Part shown: positions 45,419-54,013 of the stretch, one piece after another
Layout of the letters: each line of letters starts with the position of its first letter
Position numbering within the stretch: the first letter of the stretch is position 1
Assembly (NCBI GenBank): GCA_003220435.1
Contig: QHSL01000071.1
Span: 4,980 to 68,979, forward strand
Length of the DNA stretch: 64,000 nt
Source: Candidatus Rokuibacteriota bacterium
Lineage (GTDB): Bacteria; Methylomirabilota; Methylomirabilia; Rokubacteriales; CSP1-6
Direction of reading: 5' to 3'
Position numbers and translations under genes: made by a program
The notes under the pieces: model-generated
Told to the model about the DNA's origin: nothing
Databases searched by the model: none
Seen by the model: the letters and a program-made list of their open reading frames with translations, nothing else

Positions 45419-46014
45419 CGCGAGAGCGGCAGCTTCTCGAAGGGTGCGACGTCGGGCACCACGAGATTGACGACAGCCACGCTGTCCGGCGGAGCGGGGA
45501 ACTTGAACCAAACCACCGCCCGGCTGGCCGGCCCGACGGGAACGGGGTCGACGCCGAAGCCGGTTTCGGTTCCCATCTTGCCGCGCGCCACCGGCGCCGC
45601 GATCCACGCGCCCTGGCTGTCCTTCAACACGTGGTACTTCTTCTTCTCGGTCTCCGAGATGAAGTACACGTCGTCCAGCGCGAACGGCTTCAGCGCCACC
45701 TTCTCCTTGCCGTTGTTCCGGTAGGCGAGCGTGACGGTGAGTATCCCTTCCTGGATGTTCGCCTTGACCAGATCGACTTCGACGTCTCCGACCATGGCCA
45801 TCTGGGTCTGGATCGCTCTCGCGCCCGATGGCGCCGGCGCCGCCGCGGTCGCCGGCGCAGCCTGAGGCGCCGGCCCGGGGGTGGCCGGCGGCGCGGCCGC
45901 GGCCGGCGGAGGCGCGGGCGCCTTCGCAACTTCGTTCTGGTTGCAGCCCATGAGCATCATTCCGGTCGCCAACATCAACACCCCGGCTCCCAGACAGAAA
46001 TCTATCCTCAGCAT
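45415..46014 (-). CDS. Hypothetical lipoprotein, Pro/Ala linker plus Ig-like domain (OmpA partner)
   Basis: Lipobox LMGC, PA-rich linker, KKYHVLKD...WFKFPAPP..V.PF. ATGA overlap with the OmpA gene. Confidence 0.75.
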   Translation of the reverse strand: MLRIDFCLGAGVLMLATGMMLMGCNQNEVAKAPAPPPAAAAPPATPGPAPQAAPATAAAPAPSGARAIQTQMAMVGDVEVDLVKANIQEGILTVTLAYRNNGKEKVALKPFALDDVYFISETEKKKYHVLKDSQGAWIAAPVARGKMGTETGFGVDPVPVGPASRAVVWFKFPAPPDSVAVVNLVVPDVAPFEKLPLSR

Positions 46015-46058
46015 GTCCCTCGTCCTCCATTTTCCTCCGCGGCGAATTGCCGCGGCTC

Positions 46059-47177
46059 TCATCTGCTCGCCGCCTGCATGGACGCCGGGCAGTTCGGGAT
46101 GTAGCCGTCGGTCCCGCCGAACTGCCGACTCCAGCGATGCTCGGGGTTCAGGGCACCCGAGGTCTTCGCGAAGAAGTTCTGGTTTTTCGCCATCAGCTCG
46201 AACACCGGCTTGAGCGGGGCGAGCTCCTTGGCCAGGGTCTTCTGACCGAGCACTCCGGCCGACCTGACGAGCTTGTCGAAGCCGTTGGCGAGCTTCTCCG
46301 AGCTGCATCCGGCGCCGTTGATCTCGTCCACAGCGTCGCGGAAGTCGCTGAGCGCGTTCAGGCTCCCGAGCAGCTCCTGACAGGTGTTTCCGGCCTTGAT
46401 GACGCTCCCGAGGACGCTCGACAGCTGCTTGAACCCCGTGAGCGTGTCTTCGAACGCCGAGCGCAGGGCCTCGTCCCGTGCCGCCTTATTCCGGGACACC
46501 TGGGCCAGGAACTGAGTCACGTTCACCGCGCGGTCGGCGCCGAGCTTCATCTGCGTCAGCATGGTCGTGTCCGGACACAGCCGATGCTGCCCGGCTGCCG
46601 CCTGACTGGGCGCCGGGCATCTCAGCGTGCCGGCAAGGTAGCCGAGATTGGCCATCACGCGCTCGATCGCGGAGGCGTCGTCACAGCGCTCCCTCTCTCC
46701 TGGACGCGGCGGGTAGTTCGTGATCGCGAAGGCGCAGCTCGTCGTGTCGGGGAACAGCGACCGGTCGCTCACGGTCTTCAGGCCGAAGCGATCGCGGTGG
46801 ATCTGGCCGATCAGCGGGATCGTGAGCTTGTATGCGCCGTACTGCGGGGCGACGTTGAACCGACAGGCCAGCTCCTTGTTGGAGAGTCGACCGAAGAGCG
46901 GGTCGAAATCGGCCGTGAACTTTGCGAGGGACCCGCGGTCCGGTGAACCGCCGGCGAGGATCAACTGCTGGAGCGCGGCGATCGTTCGGCAGGCGCTCGA
47001 GACTTCACATTTCTGGTCCGTCGCCACCTGGGCCACTTGCCAGGGGCGTCCGAGCTGAGCCAGAGCGCCCGCGAGTGAGCACGCCTGGCCGAGCCCGGCG
47101 CCTTGCTGGGCGAGTGCCGGGCCATTCATGAGGACGATCATCGGGAGCCCGAGCAGAAGCACCACACGTCTCGTCAT
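46059..47177 (-). CDS. Hypothetical secreted Cys-rich protein
   Basis: Signal peptide (ALA-QQ), about a dozen Cys, GGAGGGAG RBS. Confidence 0.72.
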   Translation of the reverse strand: MTRRVVLLLGLPMIVLMNGPALAQQGAGLGQACSLAGALAQLGRPWQVAQVATDQKCEVSSACRTIAALQQLILAGGSPDRGSLAKFTADFDPLFGRLSNKELACRFNVAPQYGAYKLTIPLIGQIHRDRFGLKTVSDRSLFPDTTSCAFAITNYPPRPGERERCDDASAIERVMANLGYLAGTLRCPAPSQAAAGQHRLCPDTTMLTQMKLGADRAVNVTQFLAQVSRNKAARDEALRSAFEDTLTGFKQLSSVLGSVIKAGNTCQELLGSLNALSDFRDAVDEINGAGCSSEKLANGFDKLVRSAGVLGQKTLAKELAPLKPVFELMAKNQNFFAKTSGALNPEHRWSRQFGGTDGYIPNCPASMQAASR

Positions 47178-47205
47178 GTCTCCCTCCAGCGTCGCAGTGC
47201 TGCGT

Positions 47206-49068
47206 TCACTTCGGACACGGCGCGCTCGCCGCGCCCGGCTTGCCCGGTTGGGCGGCGGCCAGCGCGCCCACTGGAAACGATCCGAGCTTCTGTCTCACGA
47301 CCTGGCTCTGGCCCTTGACGGTGGCGTTCTTCACGGCCGAGTCCGCGCCCGGCAGCTCCGGGCGCAGGAACTCGACGAGGTACCGGAGATTGATCCCGCC
47401 GTACACGTCGGCCGAGAGCCCCGCGGCGGCGGCGGTGGCGCTGGCCGGGCGCGTGCTGATGCAGTCGGCGCGAGCGGCGCCTCGAAAGTCGGCGGTCACG
47501 TACACTTCAGGCCCGACCCGGGCCGCCAGCGCGCCGAGATTGACGTCCAGTCGAAGCGCCGGGAATACCGAGGGCGTGATCGTCACGCGGCCCTGCGCAC
47601 TCAACTGAAGCTCGTGGGTGGATGGGCGAGATCCCGGCACCACCGTCGGCTCGCCGTTCTGCCGGCAGCCGTGGCCGTCGCACGTGAAGTTCAGCGGAAT
47701 CGCCTGCTCGTCCTCCATCCGCAGCCGGGCATCCAGCAGGCCGACCGCGTCGATCGCCACCTGGCCTTCGTACTCGAGGCCGATGTCGAACTCGACGGGA
47801 ACCTCGCCGACCATGATCACGATCGGCGGCACGATCTGAACGGGCGCCGCCGGGAACGGCATCGGGATGCTCTTGTGGAAGGCGCCCCTCGCGTGCAGCT
47901 CCAGATCCACGGCGCTTCCCACGGTCAGCGTCCCGTTGATGGAAACGCTCTTCGGGCGCACCCAGGCCGGGAACGCCGTGACGACGAACGCGCACGGGAT
48001 GACGAACGCCGCGATCTCGACGTCCGCTTTCAGATCGATCCGACGCAATGCGATCCGGGCGCGGCCGGAAACCCGCCCGTCCTTGCCCGAAAGGTCGATG
48101 GGAAGATCCGCTGACACGCTGAGACCCGAGACGCTGACTCGCCGGGGGCCGCTGGCAAGCGTCTGGTCGGCGAAGCACTTGAGCGCCAGGTCCTCTGTCA
48201 TCTTCAGATCTCGGCCGACCTCGCGCGCGAGGTGCTTCCACTCGTCGTCGGCCTGGCGGCGCAGGGCGTCGGCCTGCTTGGCGACTTCGCCCTCGGCGTG
48301 CTTGACGGCTTCGTCGGCGCAGTGCACGGAGATGCTGTGACACCCACTGTGGCTTCCGCCGCCTCCCTTGTGCTTCAGACTCTCGGGGACGGTGTGCGTC
48401 TTGGCCCACGCCTCGACGAGCTTGCGGTTGACGACGTAGTGCGCGACCTCGTCCGGCCGGAGCGTCCGGGCGTGGGCCAGAAGAAATTGCTTCGCCGTGT
48501 CGGGCAGCCCCTGGGCCCCTTCGATACCCTTGACGCCACGCAGGTGGAGCACCTCGATGTCGGTGGGCTTGCCGTCGATCGTGGTGGTCAGGCGCCGTGA
48601 CTCCCAGTGAGTCTCCCGGCGCAGGACAGTGCGCGCCGGCGGGCCGGCGAGAATCGAAATCTTCGGCAGGGCGACGCCCGGCCCCCCCGCGGCGGCGTTC
48701 GCGGGAGGGCCACCGGAGAGCCCGGGCCTGGACGTCTTCGGGAGGGCGGACGACGAGGCGCTCAGGATCGTGCAGCAGACGGCGCCGCCTATGGAGACTT
48801 GCTTGCTGTCGAAGTTCGCCGAGACGGGCTGGCCCACCTTGAGCGTGAACAGCAGCAGAGAGTCCTTCACCGCGAACTGAAAGGCCCGCCCGGTCGCCGA
48901 CTCGTGCGCGGTGACGACTGCCGCACCAGTGTCGATGCTCGTGATCCGGCAGCAAGACTCGGCCGCCGTCGCGCCGGGCGCCGACCCCACGAACAGCAGA
49001 GCGCAGAGCGCCAGGAGTGCCGAGGAGAGCGCCGCGGTCGTCGCGCCCGGACGAGCCCGTCTGGTCAT
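47206..49068 (-). CDS. Hypothetical secreted multidomain protein
   Basis: Signal peptide, N-terminal beta domain bounded by CC...CC, helical middle, long beta-rich C-terminal half. Confidence 0.72.
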   Translation of the reverse strand: MTRRARPGATTAALSSALLALCALLFVGSAPGATAAESCCRITSIDTGAAVVTAHESATGRAFQFAVKDSLLLFTLKVGQPVSANFDSKQVSIGGAVCCTILSASSSALPKTSRPGLSGGPPANAAAGGPGVALPKISILAGPPARTVLRRETHWESRRLTTTIDGKPTDIEVLHLRGVKGIEGAQGLPDTAKQFLLAHARTLRPDEVAHYVVNRKLVEAWAKTHTVPESLKHKGGGGSHSGCHSISVHCADEAVKHAEGEVAKQADALRRQADDEWKHLAREVGRDLKMTEDLALKCFADQTLASGPRRVSVSGLSVSADLPIDLSGKDGRVSGRARIALRRIDLKADVEIAAFVIPCAFVVTAFPAWVRPKSVSINGTLTVGSAVDLELHARGAFHKSIPMPFPAAPVQIVPPIVIMVGEVPVEFDIGLEYEGQVAIDAVGLLDARLRMEDEQAIPLNFTCDGHGCRQNGEPTVVPGSRPSTHELQLSAQGRVTITPSVFPALRLDVNLGALAARVGPEVYVTADFRGAARADCISTRPASATAAAAGLSADVYGGINLRYLVEFLRPELPGADSAVKNATVKGQSQVVRQKLGSFPVGALAAAQPGKPGAASAPCPK

Positions 49069-49090
49069 CGATTGGTCCCCATCGCTCCGG

Positions 49091-49954
49091 CTAGCGGGCC
49101 GCGTGGGACTTTTGCCGGGCGGCGATGAGCTTCAGGACGGTCTCGCGCTTCATGCTGTAGTCCTTCGGCATGTTGAAGCCAACGCGGTCGACGAACTTCA
49201 CGCCGGCGGCGGCGACCTGCACGACGTACTGGTCGACTAGCTCCGGCGGGAACCCGGCCTGCTGGATCTGCGCCTTCAGCTGGTTGACCTGCTCGACGCA
49301 CTTCTGCGAGAGGCCCTGAAGCTCCTTGTGCAGCGCCGCCGCGGCGCGGTCGTCGAGGATCTTCTTCGGGTCGGTCGTTTTGGATTGTGCTCCGGTCGGC
49401 GCGCCGGCGCCCGCCGATGCCGTCGCGCTCGTGGCCTGATTCGATGCGTTCAGGATCGCCTGCTCGCACTCCTTGATCGTTCGCTTGAGCTCGGTGGAAA
49501 CGCTCGGCGGCAGCGAGAACTGGGGGCGGCCGCCACCCGGGAGGTTGGCGCCGAGCAGCGCGGCCGCGGCCGCGGTGTTGAAGCTGTTGTTGAAGTGGTT
49601 CTGCCCCGCGGTGATGTACTGGGCGCACACCAGCGACGGGTTGCCGAGGGTCCAGCTCAGGAAGTCGTACAGCTCGCCCTCGGCGCGGCTGGTGTCGGCT
49701 GCGTTCGTCAGCTCGGCGATCTTCCAGTGGGTCTTCGCGTAGCCCACCGTGTCCCGCGCGATCTTCCGCTGCACCTTCGTGTCGCCCTGGGCGCACTCGG
49801 CGGAGCGCCCGGGATGAGTCGCCGCGTTCTCGGCGCCCTTGACCGCCCCCTCGGCGCTCTTCTCGGCTTTCTTGAAGATGTCGTCGGCGAAGGACGGCCC
49901 GCACGTGAGCATCGTGAGAACGGAAAGCGTCGTCACCACCACGGTTCGATACAT
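49091..49954 (-). CDS. Hypothetical secreted helical protein
   Basis: Signal peptide (SFA-DD), AAGGGAGG RBS, helical pattern with spaced Cys. Confidence 0.72.
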   Translation of the reverse strand: MYRTVVVTTLSVLTMLTCGPSFADDIFKKAEKSAEGAVKGAENAATHPGRSAECAQGDTKVQRKIARDTVGYAKTHWKIAELTNAADTSRAEGELYDFLSWTLGNPSLVCAQYITAGQNHFNNSFNTAAAAALLGANLPGGGRPQFSLPPSVSTELKRTIKECEQAILNASNQATSATASAGAGAPTGAQSKTTDPKKILDDRAAAALHKELQGLSQKCVEQVNQLKAQIQQAGFPPELVDQYVVQVAAAGVKFVDRVGFNMPKDYSMKRETVLKLIAARQKSHAAR

Positions 49955-49997
49955 GGCACCCTCCCTTTAGGAATCTCGAACCACCTGTTTTGGATCG

Positions 49998-50192
49998 CTA
50001 CCTCTTGCTCGTGAACCCCGCGCTTCGCGACACCTCGCCGGTGCCGCCCGGCGTCAACCTGGAGGCGCCGGCATCGCCAGAGCTCGGCGCGCGCATCGCG
50101 TGTCGCATGACGGCGGCGAGCGCCCTCACGACGAGCCAGAACATCGCGTAGAGAGTGAACATCGTCGTCACGATCGCCAGCCCTCGGCCCAT
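49998..50192 (-). CDS. Small single-TM hypothetical protein
   Basis: GAGGAGG RBS and an N-terminal hydrophobic helix; fills an operon gap. Confidence 0.5.
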   Translation of the reverse strand: MGRGLAIVTTMFTLYAMFWLVVRALAAVMRHAMRAPSSGDAGASRLTPGGTGEVSRSAGFTSKR

Positions 50193-50218
50193 GCGCGTCC
50201 CTCCTCGCCGAATGCGCC

Positions 50219-51454
50219 CTACCGGCGCTGGAGCTGCCGGATGGCCGCCTGGATCTGCCCCGCGTCGTCCGAGTTCGGCGCGAGCGTCACGTAGCGGGTG
50301 AGCGCATCGACGGCCTTCGCGCTCTCGCCCTGGCGGCTATAGGCGAGGCCGAGCTCCCGGTACGCGGGGGCGTACGATGGATTGGCCGCGGTCGCGCTGA
50401 CGAGGTGCGCGATGGCCCCGTCGAGTGCTTCGCGGCCCGTGCCCGTGTCCAGCGTGATCTTGCCGAGGTAGTAGTGAGGCCGGGGATCCGCGGCATCCGC
50501 GCGGGCCGCCTTCTCGAACATCGCCCGCGCTCCGTCGAGCCGCCGCTGGTTGTAGTCGATTATGCCGAGGGCGACGACGATGGATCGGGTGCGCTGCCGA
50601 AACTCGTCCGTATCGACGACGGGCGAGCGGCCCGAGGTCGAGTCGGCATACTTGTCCTTGACGAGCTGGGTCGTGCGCTCGATTCGCGCCGTGTTGGTCG
50701 GATGGTTCTCCCAGAAGAAGTTCTTGAGCGCCGAGGAGTCCCCGTATTCCTTGAGCAGCACACCGAAGGTGCGAGGGGCCTCGCGCGGGTCGTAGCCGGC
50801 GCGGGTCATGTACTCGAGACCGACCTCGTCCGCCTCGGTTTCCAGGCCACGGCCGTGACCGTTGACCGCCGCGTTCATCGAGTAGTCGTAGGCCTTCTGG
50901 AGCGCCTCGGCCGGCAGCCGCGCGGAGGACGTGGCCTTGGCGCCCAGCTGCCCGATGACCTGCAGCCCGTAGGCCGCCTCGATCCCTCGCGGCACGTGGC
51001 GCTCGGTCACGTGCGCGATCTCGTGGGCGAGCACCATCGCGAGCTGCGCCTCGTTGTCGACGCGGCCCAGGAGGCCGGCGTGCACGTAGAGCAGGCCACC
51101 GCCGAAGGTGAACGCGTTGATGCTCCCGTTCTTGACGATCCGCACCCGGTAAGCGAAGGGCCGGGGCCTGGCGACCGCGACGAGGCGCTGCGCGATGCCG
51201 CCGACGTAGCCCTCGAGCAGCACGTCGTTCCACATCTCGTTCTCGGCCTCGAACTTCTTGGCGCTCTCCAGCGCCATTTGCTGCTCTTCACGGTCGCCGA
51301 GGCTGGGTCGTTCGACGACGGCTCTGGTGAGCGTCTCGAGCGTGGAGCCGGCGCTGCCCTTCAGCATCGCGACCTGCTCCGCGCACGCGGTCATCAGGAT
51401 CAGCGAACACGTGCAGCCCACCGCCAGCGCGACACATTGCCTGAGCGCAAACAT
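50219..51454 (-). CDS. M48 family metallopeptidase lipoprotein with C-terminal TPRs (BepA/YfgC-like)
   Basis: INAF..GGG, LAHEIAHV (HExxH), E.EAD..G, AGYDP, NHP...RI, TPR tail. GGAGG RBS before ATG 51454; lipobox-like MTAC. Confidence 0.9.
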   Translation of the reverse strand: MFALRQCVALAVGCTCSLILMTACAEQVAMLKGSAGSTLETLTRAVVERPSLGDREEQQMALESAKKFEAENEMWNDVLLEGYVGGIAQRLVAVARPRPFAYRVRIVKNGSINAFTFGGGLLYVHAGLLGRVDNEAQLAMVLAHEIAHVTERHVPRGIEAAYGLQVIGQLGAKATSSARLPAEALQKAYDYSMNAAVNGHGRGLETEADEVGLEYMTRAGYDPREAPRTFGVLLKEYGDSSALKNFFWENHPTNTARIERTTQLVKDKYADSTSGRSPVVDTDEFRQRTRSIVVALGIIDYNQRRLDGARAMFEKAARADAADPRPHYYLGKITLDTGTGREALDGAIAHLVSATAANPSYAPAYRELGLAYSRQGESAKAVDALTRYVTLAPNSDDAGQIQAAIRQLQRR

Positions 51455-51468
51455 CTCGGCCTCCCGAC

Positions 51469-52947
51469 CTACTGGTCGTTCTCGAGCGACTGATCGCCGC
51501 GGTCCTCGCCAATCTTTCGCGGAGGCGCGGCCTTGTGGGTCGCCTGTGAGTCCTTGGCGCCCGGCAGGGGGGCGCTCCCTTTTCGCAGCGTGAACGTGAT
51601 GGGCGCGATCGGGTTCTGCTGCAGCCCGACGGTCTTCGTCTCCCCGCGAAATCCGCGCGCGGTCGCCGTCACCTCGTGTTGACCCGGCTTCACGTTCTCC
51701 AGCTTGAAGACGCCGAGGTGGTCGGCTTCCGTGGTGGTCTCGCCGATGGCGACCTTCGCGCCCTGAACCGGCCGGCCGCTCTGGTCGACCACGCGACCGG
51801 TCAGCGTCAGGAGCGGGCCCTTCGTCGGCGTGGTCTTCTTGGCGTCCCACCATTGCCCGGGGATAGATCCGGACGGCGGCGTCTTCGGTCCCGCGCCCTT
51901 GGACGTTTGCCACCAGGGAGGCTGATCGCCGCCCGAGCCCGGCTTGGTCGGCGGGGCGCCTGAAGCCGTCGTACCGGTCGTGGCCGCTCCAGGCTTCGGC
52001 GCTGTCGTCGTGGTCGCCGTCGTGACAGGGACGGCGGCCGACGTCGTCGCGCTCGGTCGTGCCGTCTGCGATGAGACCGGGGTGGCGGGCGTTGCGGGCG
52101 CGGTGTCCTGAGACGTCGGAGCGCCTGGCGGCGACGTCGGACCGTCAGAGGGTGCCGTTGCCGAGGGCATCATGCTGCTGGTGGATCCGGAGGAGCTGCC
52201 AGATGAGTCGGACCCACGCGCGGACTGGTCCTTCTTACGCCCGAGCGAATCCGCGAGCTTCGTGACGGCGTCGAGGATGCCGGCCATTGGCGACGCAGTC
52301 GCCGCACCGCCGTCGGCCGGCGCCGCGGTTCCGCTCGCGCTCTGGTCAGGGACGACCCCCTCGCGCACGCGCGGCTCGGCTGGGAGAGGCGGACTGGACG
52401 CCGCGGGGCTGTCGATCGAAGGCCCGGGCTGCGCCGGGGAGCCGTCGAGCTGGTCGGCCAGCATCGCGATCTCTCGATCGAGCTCCCCCGTGTAGCAAGC
52501 GCCCTTCTTGATCACCGCATCCCGTCTGGTCAAGGTCGATTTCAGCTGACCCACGACGGGCGCCACCGAGGCGTCGCGCGGCTCGTCCAACCTCGCTCGC
52601 AGCTGGCTGAAGCGATCGTCCTGTCCGGGTACCGGGCAGAGCACGACGGCGTCGTCCTCGCTCGCGACGGTACCCGGGGCGAGGCGGACGAGGGCCTTGC
52701 CCTCGCGAACATCCGTGACGACGCCCTGCCCGGTCTCGCGGCGCTCGCCGTCGCCGTGCACGAAGCCGAGCCTGGTCCCGCGCTGCGCGCCCTCGATCTC
52801 GCGCAGATCCACGACGACACCCTCCGGACGAACGGCGAGCACCACACCCTCCTGCGCGGCAACCGGCGCGGGCGCGCAGAGGGCGAGGATGCCCGAGACG
52901 ATCCAGGCCAGGACCGTTGACGGCAGCTTCTGTGCCATGGCGCTCAC
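51469..52947 (-). CDS. Secreted protein: N-terminal beta-barrel (FlgT-C-like), long Pro/Ser/Thr linker, C-terminal carboxypeptidase-regulatory-like domain
   Basis: Signal peptide; LTGRVVDQSGRPVQGAKV...G.F.L.NV.PG.HEVTA..RGF; low-complexity linker with two WW motifs. Confidence 0.75.
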   Translation of the reverse strand: MSAMAQKLPSTVLAWIVSGILALCAPAPVAAQEGVVLAVRPEGVVVDLREIEGAQRGTRLGFVHGDGERRETGQGVVTDVREGKALVRLAPGTVASEDDAVVLCPVPGQDDRFSQLRARLDEPRDASVAPVVGQLKSTLTRRDAVIKKGACYTGELDREIAMLADQLDGSPAQPGPSIDSPAASSPPLPAEPRVREGVVPDQSASGTAAPADGGAATASPMAGILDAVTKLADSLGRKKDQSARGSDSSGSSSGSTSSMMPSATAPSDGPTSPPGAPTSQDTAPATPATPVSSQTARPSATTSAAVPVTTATTTTAPKPGAATTGTTASGAPPTKPGSGGDQPPWWQTSKGAGPKTPPSGSIPGQWWDAKKTTPTKGPLLTLTGRVVDQSGRPVQGAKVAIGETTTEADHLGVFKLENVKPGQHEVTATARGFRGETKTVGLQQNPIAPITFTLRKGSAPLPGAKDSQATHKAAPPRKIGEDRGDQSLENDQ

Positions 52948-53921
52948 CCGCGCTGGATTTCCAGCGGCATCAGCGTGTCGACGAGCGAGGCGCCGCCGTC
53001 AGCGTGGACGAGCTGGCCCGTGATCCAGCCGGCATCGGGAGAGCACAGCAGCGCCAACGCGTTGCCGATGTCGGCCGGCGTGCCCATGCGGCCCATCGGG
53101 GTCCAGCCGGCGGCGTGCCAATCGCGGCCGATCTTCTGCGCCTCGGTCGGCAGGCCGTTGAAGACGCTGTCGTCGGTGAGCCCGGGGCTGAGCGAGTTCA
53201 CTGTGATCCCGCGCGGCGCGAGCGCGACGGCGAAGTAGCGCACGAGCGACTCCATCGCCGCTTTCGCCGCGCCCATCGCGACCCACGGCTGCCAGGTGCC
53301 CTTCTGGGCGCCGGGCGCGTAGGTGACAGCGACGATCCGGCCGCCGGCGGCCATCATCGGCGCCGCCTGCTGGACGCCGACCAGGAACGCCTTGGCCTGT
53401 GAGTCGATCGCCTGGTCCCAGGCCTCGAGTGAGATCTCCATCGGCTTCTGGTAGAACTGCGCCAGCTCCGGCCGGGCATTCGCCACGAAGATGTCGAGTG
53501 TCCCGAACTGCTGCTTGACCTGGCCGAGCATCCGCCTCACATCGTCCACGCGGGAGACGTCGGCCTGTACCAGAAAACCGTCCGCGCCATGCTTGCGCAC
53601 GCGCTCGAGCGTTTCCTTGGCGGCGACCTCGTTGACGTAGTAGTGGATGGCGACCCGGGCGCCGGCCTCCGCCAGCTTCAGCGCGATGCCCCGCCCGATG
53701 CCCCGCGATCCCCCGGTGACCAGCGCGTGCTTGCCCTTCAGTGACATGAGTTCCTCCCTGGCGATGGCCGCCGCGATCACCGCGGCGACGTCCTCGGCCC
53801 CCTCGATCGGCTCCTTCTGCCCCGTCCTCACTCGCTCGACCACGCCGCGGAACCCGCCCTCGCCCTTCGGGAACATCCGCACGATGAAGGTCAAGGGGCG
53901 ATCCGCGCCGCGCTGCTCCAT
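52944..53921 (-). CDS. SDR oxidoreductase (FabL/enoyl-reductase-like) with an in-frame ~58-aa N-terminal unknown domain
   Basis: The SDR begins MSLKGKHALVTGGSRGIG at ATG 53747, which has its own GGAGG RBS. The upstream in-frame segment is MEQRG...TFIVRMFPKGEGGFRGVVERVRTGQKEPIEG...; the active-site region is W..MGAAK. Confidence 0.85.
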   Translation of the reverse strand: MEQRGADRPLTFIVRMFPKGEGGFRGVVERVRTGQKEPIEGAEDVAAVIAAAIAREELMSLKGKHALVTGGSRGIGRGIALKLAEAGARVAIHYYVNEVAAKETLERVRKHGADGFLVQADVSRVDDVRRMLGQVKQQFGTLDIFVANARPELAQFYQKPMEISLEAWDQAIDSQAKAFLVGVQQAAPMMAAGGRIVAVTYAPGAQKGTWQPWVAMGAAKAAMESLVRYFAVALAPRGITVNSLSPGLTDDSVFNGLPTEAQKIGRDWHAAGWTPMGRMGTPADIGNALALLCSPDAGWITGQLVHADGGASLVDTLMPLEIQRG

Positions 53922-53965
53922 GCGAGCGTTTTCGCATCCGGGGCGTTCAAGATCCGTAGAGGTGA

Positions 53966-53996
53966 GCGTCAAAAGTCGCGTCAAAAGTGCTATGGT
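53966..53996. promoter_or_regulatory. Direct-repeat operator (GCGTCAAAAGT x2, 12-bp period) in the divergent promoter; candidate SARP/AfsR-type binding site
   Basis: Perfect 11-mers at 53966-53976 and 53978-53988, with a degenerate copy GCGTTCAAGAT at ~53943. An extended -10 TGcTATGGT (53988-53996) points at the regulators. Confidence 0.65.
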
Positions 53997-54013
53997 CGTG
54001 AGCCACCGGCCTC

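Noticed and set aside
48320-48360. Possible heme-binding motif in the 620-aa secreted protein
   Set aside because: The sequence is HSGCHSISVHC, which is not CxxCH.
51900-52450. Tandem DNA repeat in the Pro/Ser/Thr-rich region
   Set aside because: It is a low-complexity protein linker without a discernible repeated nucleotide unit.
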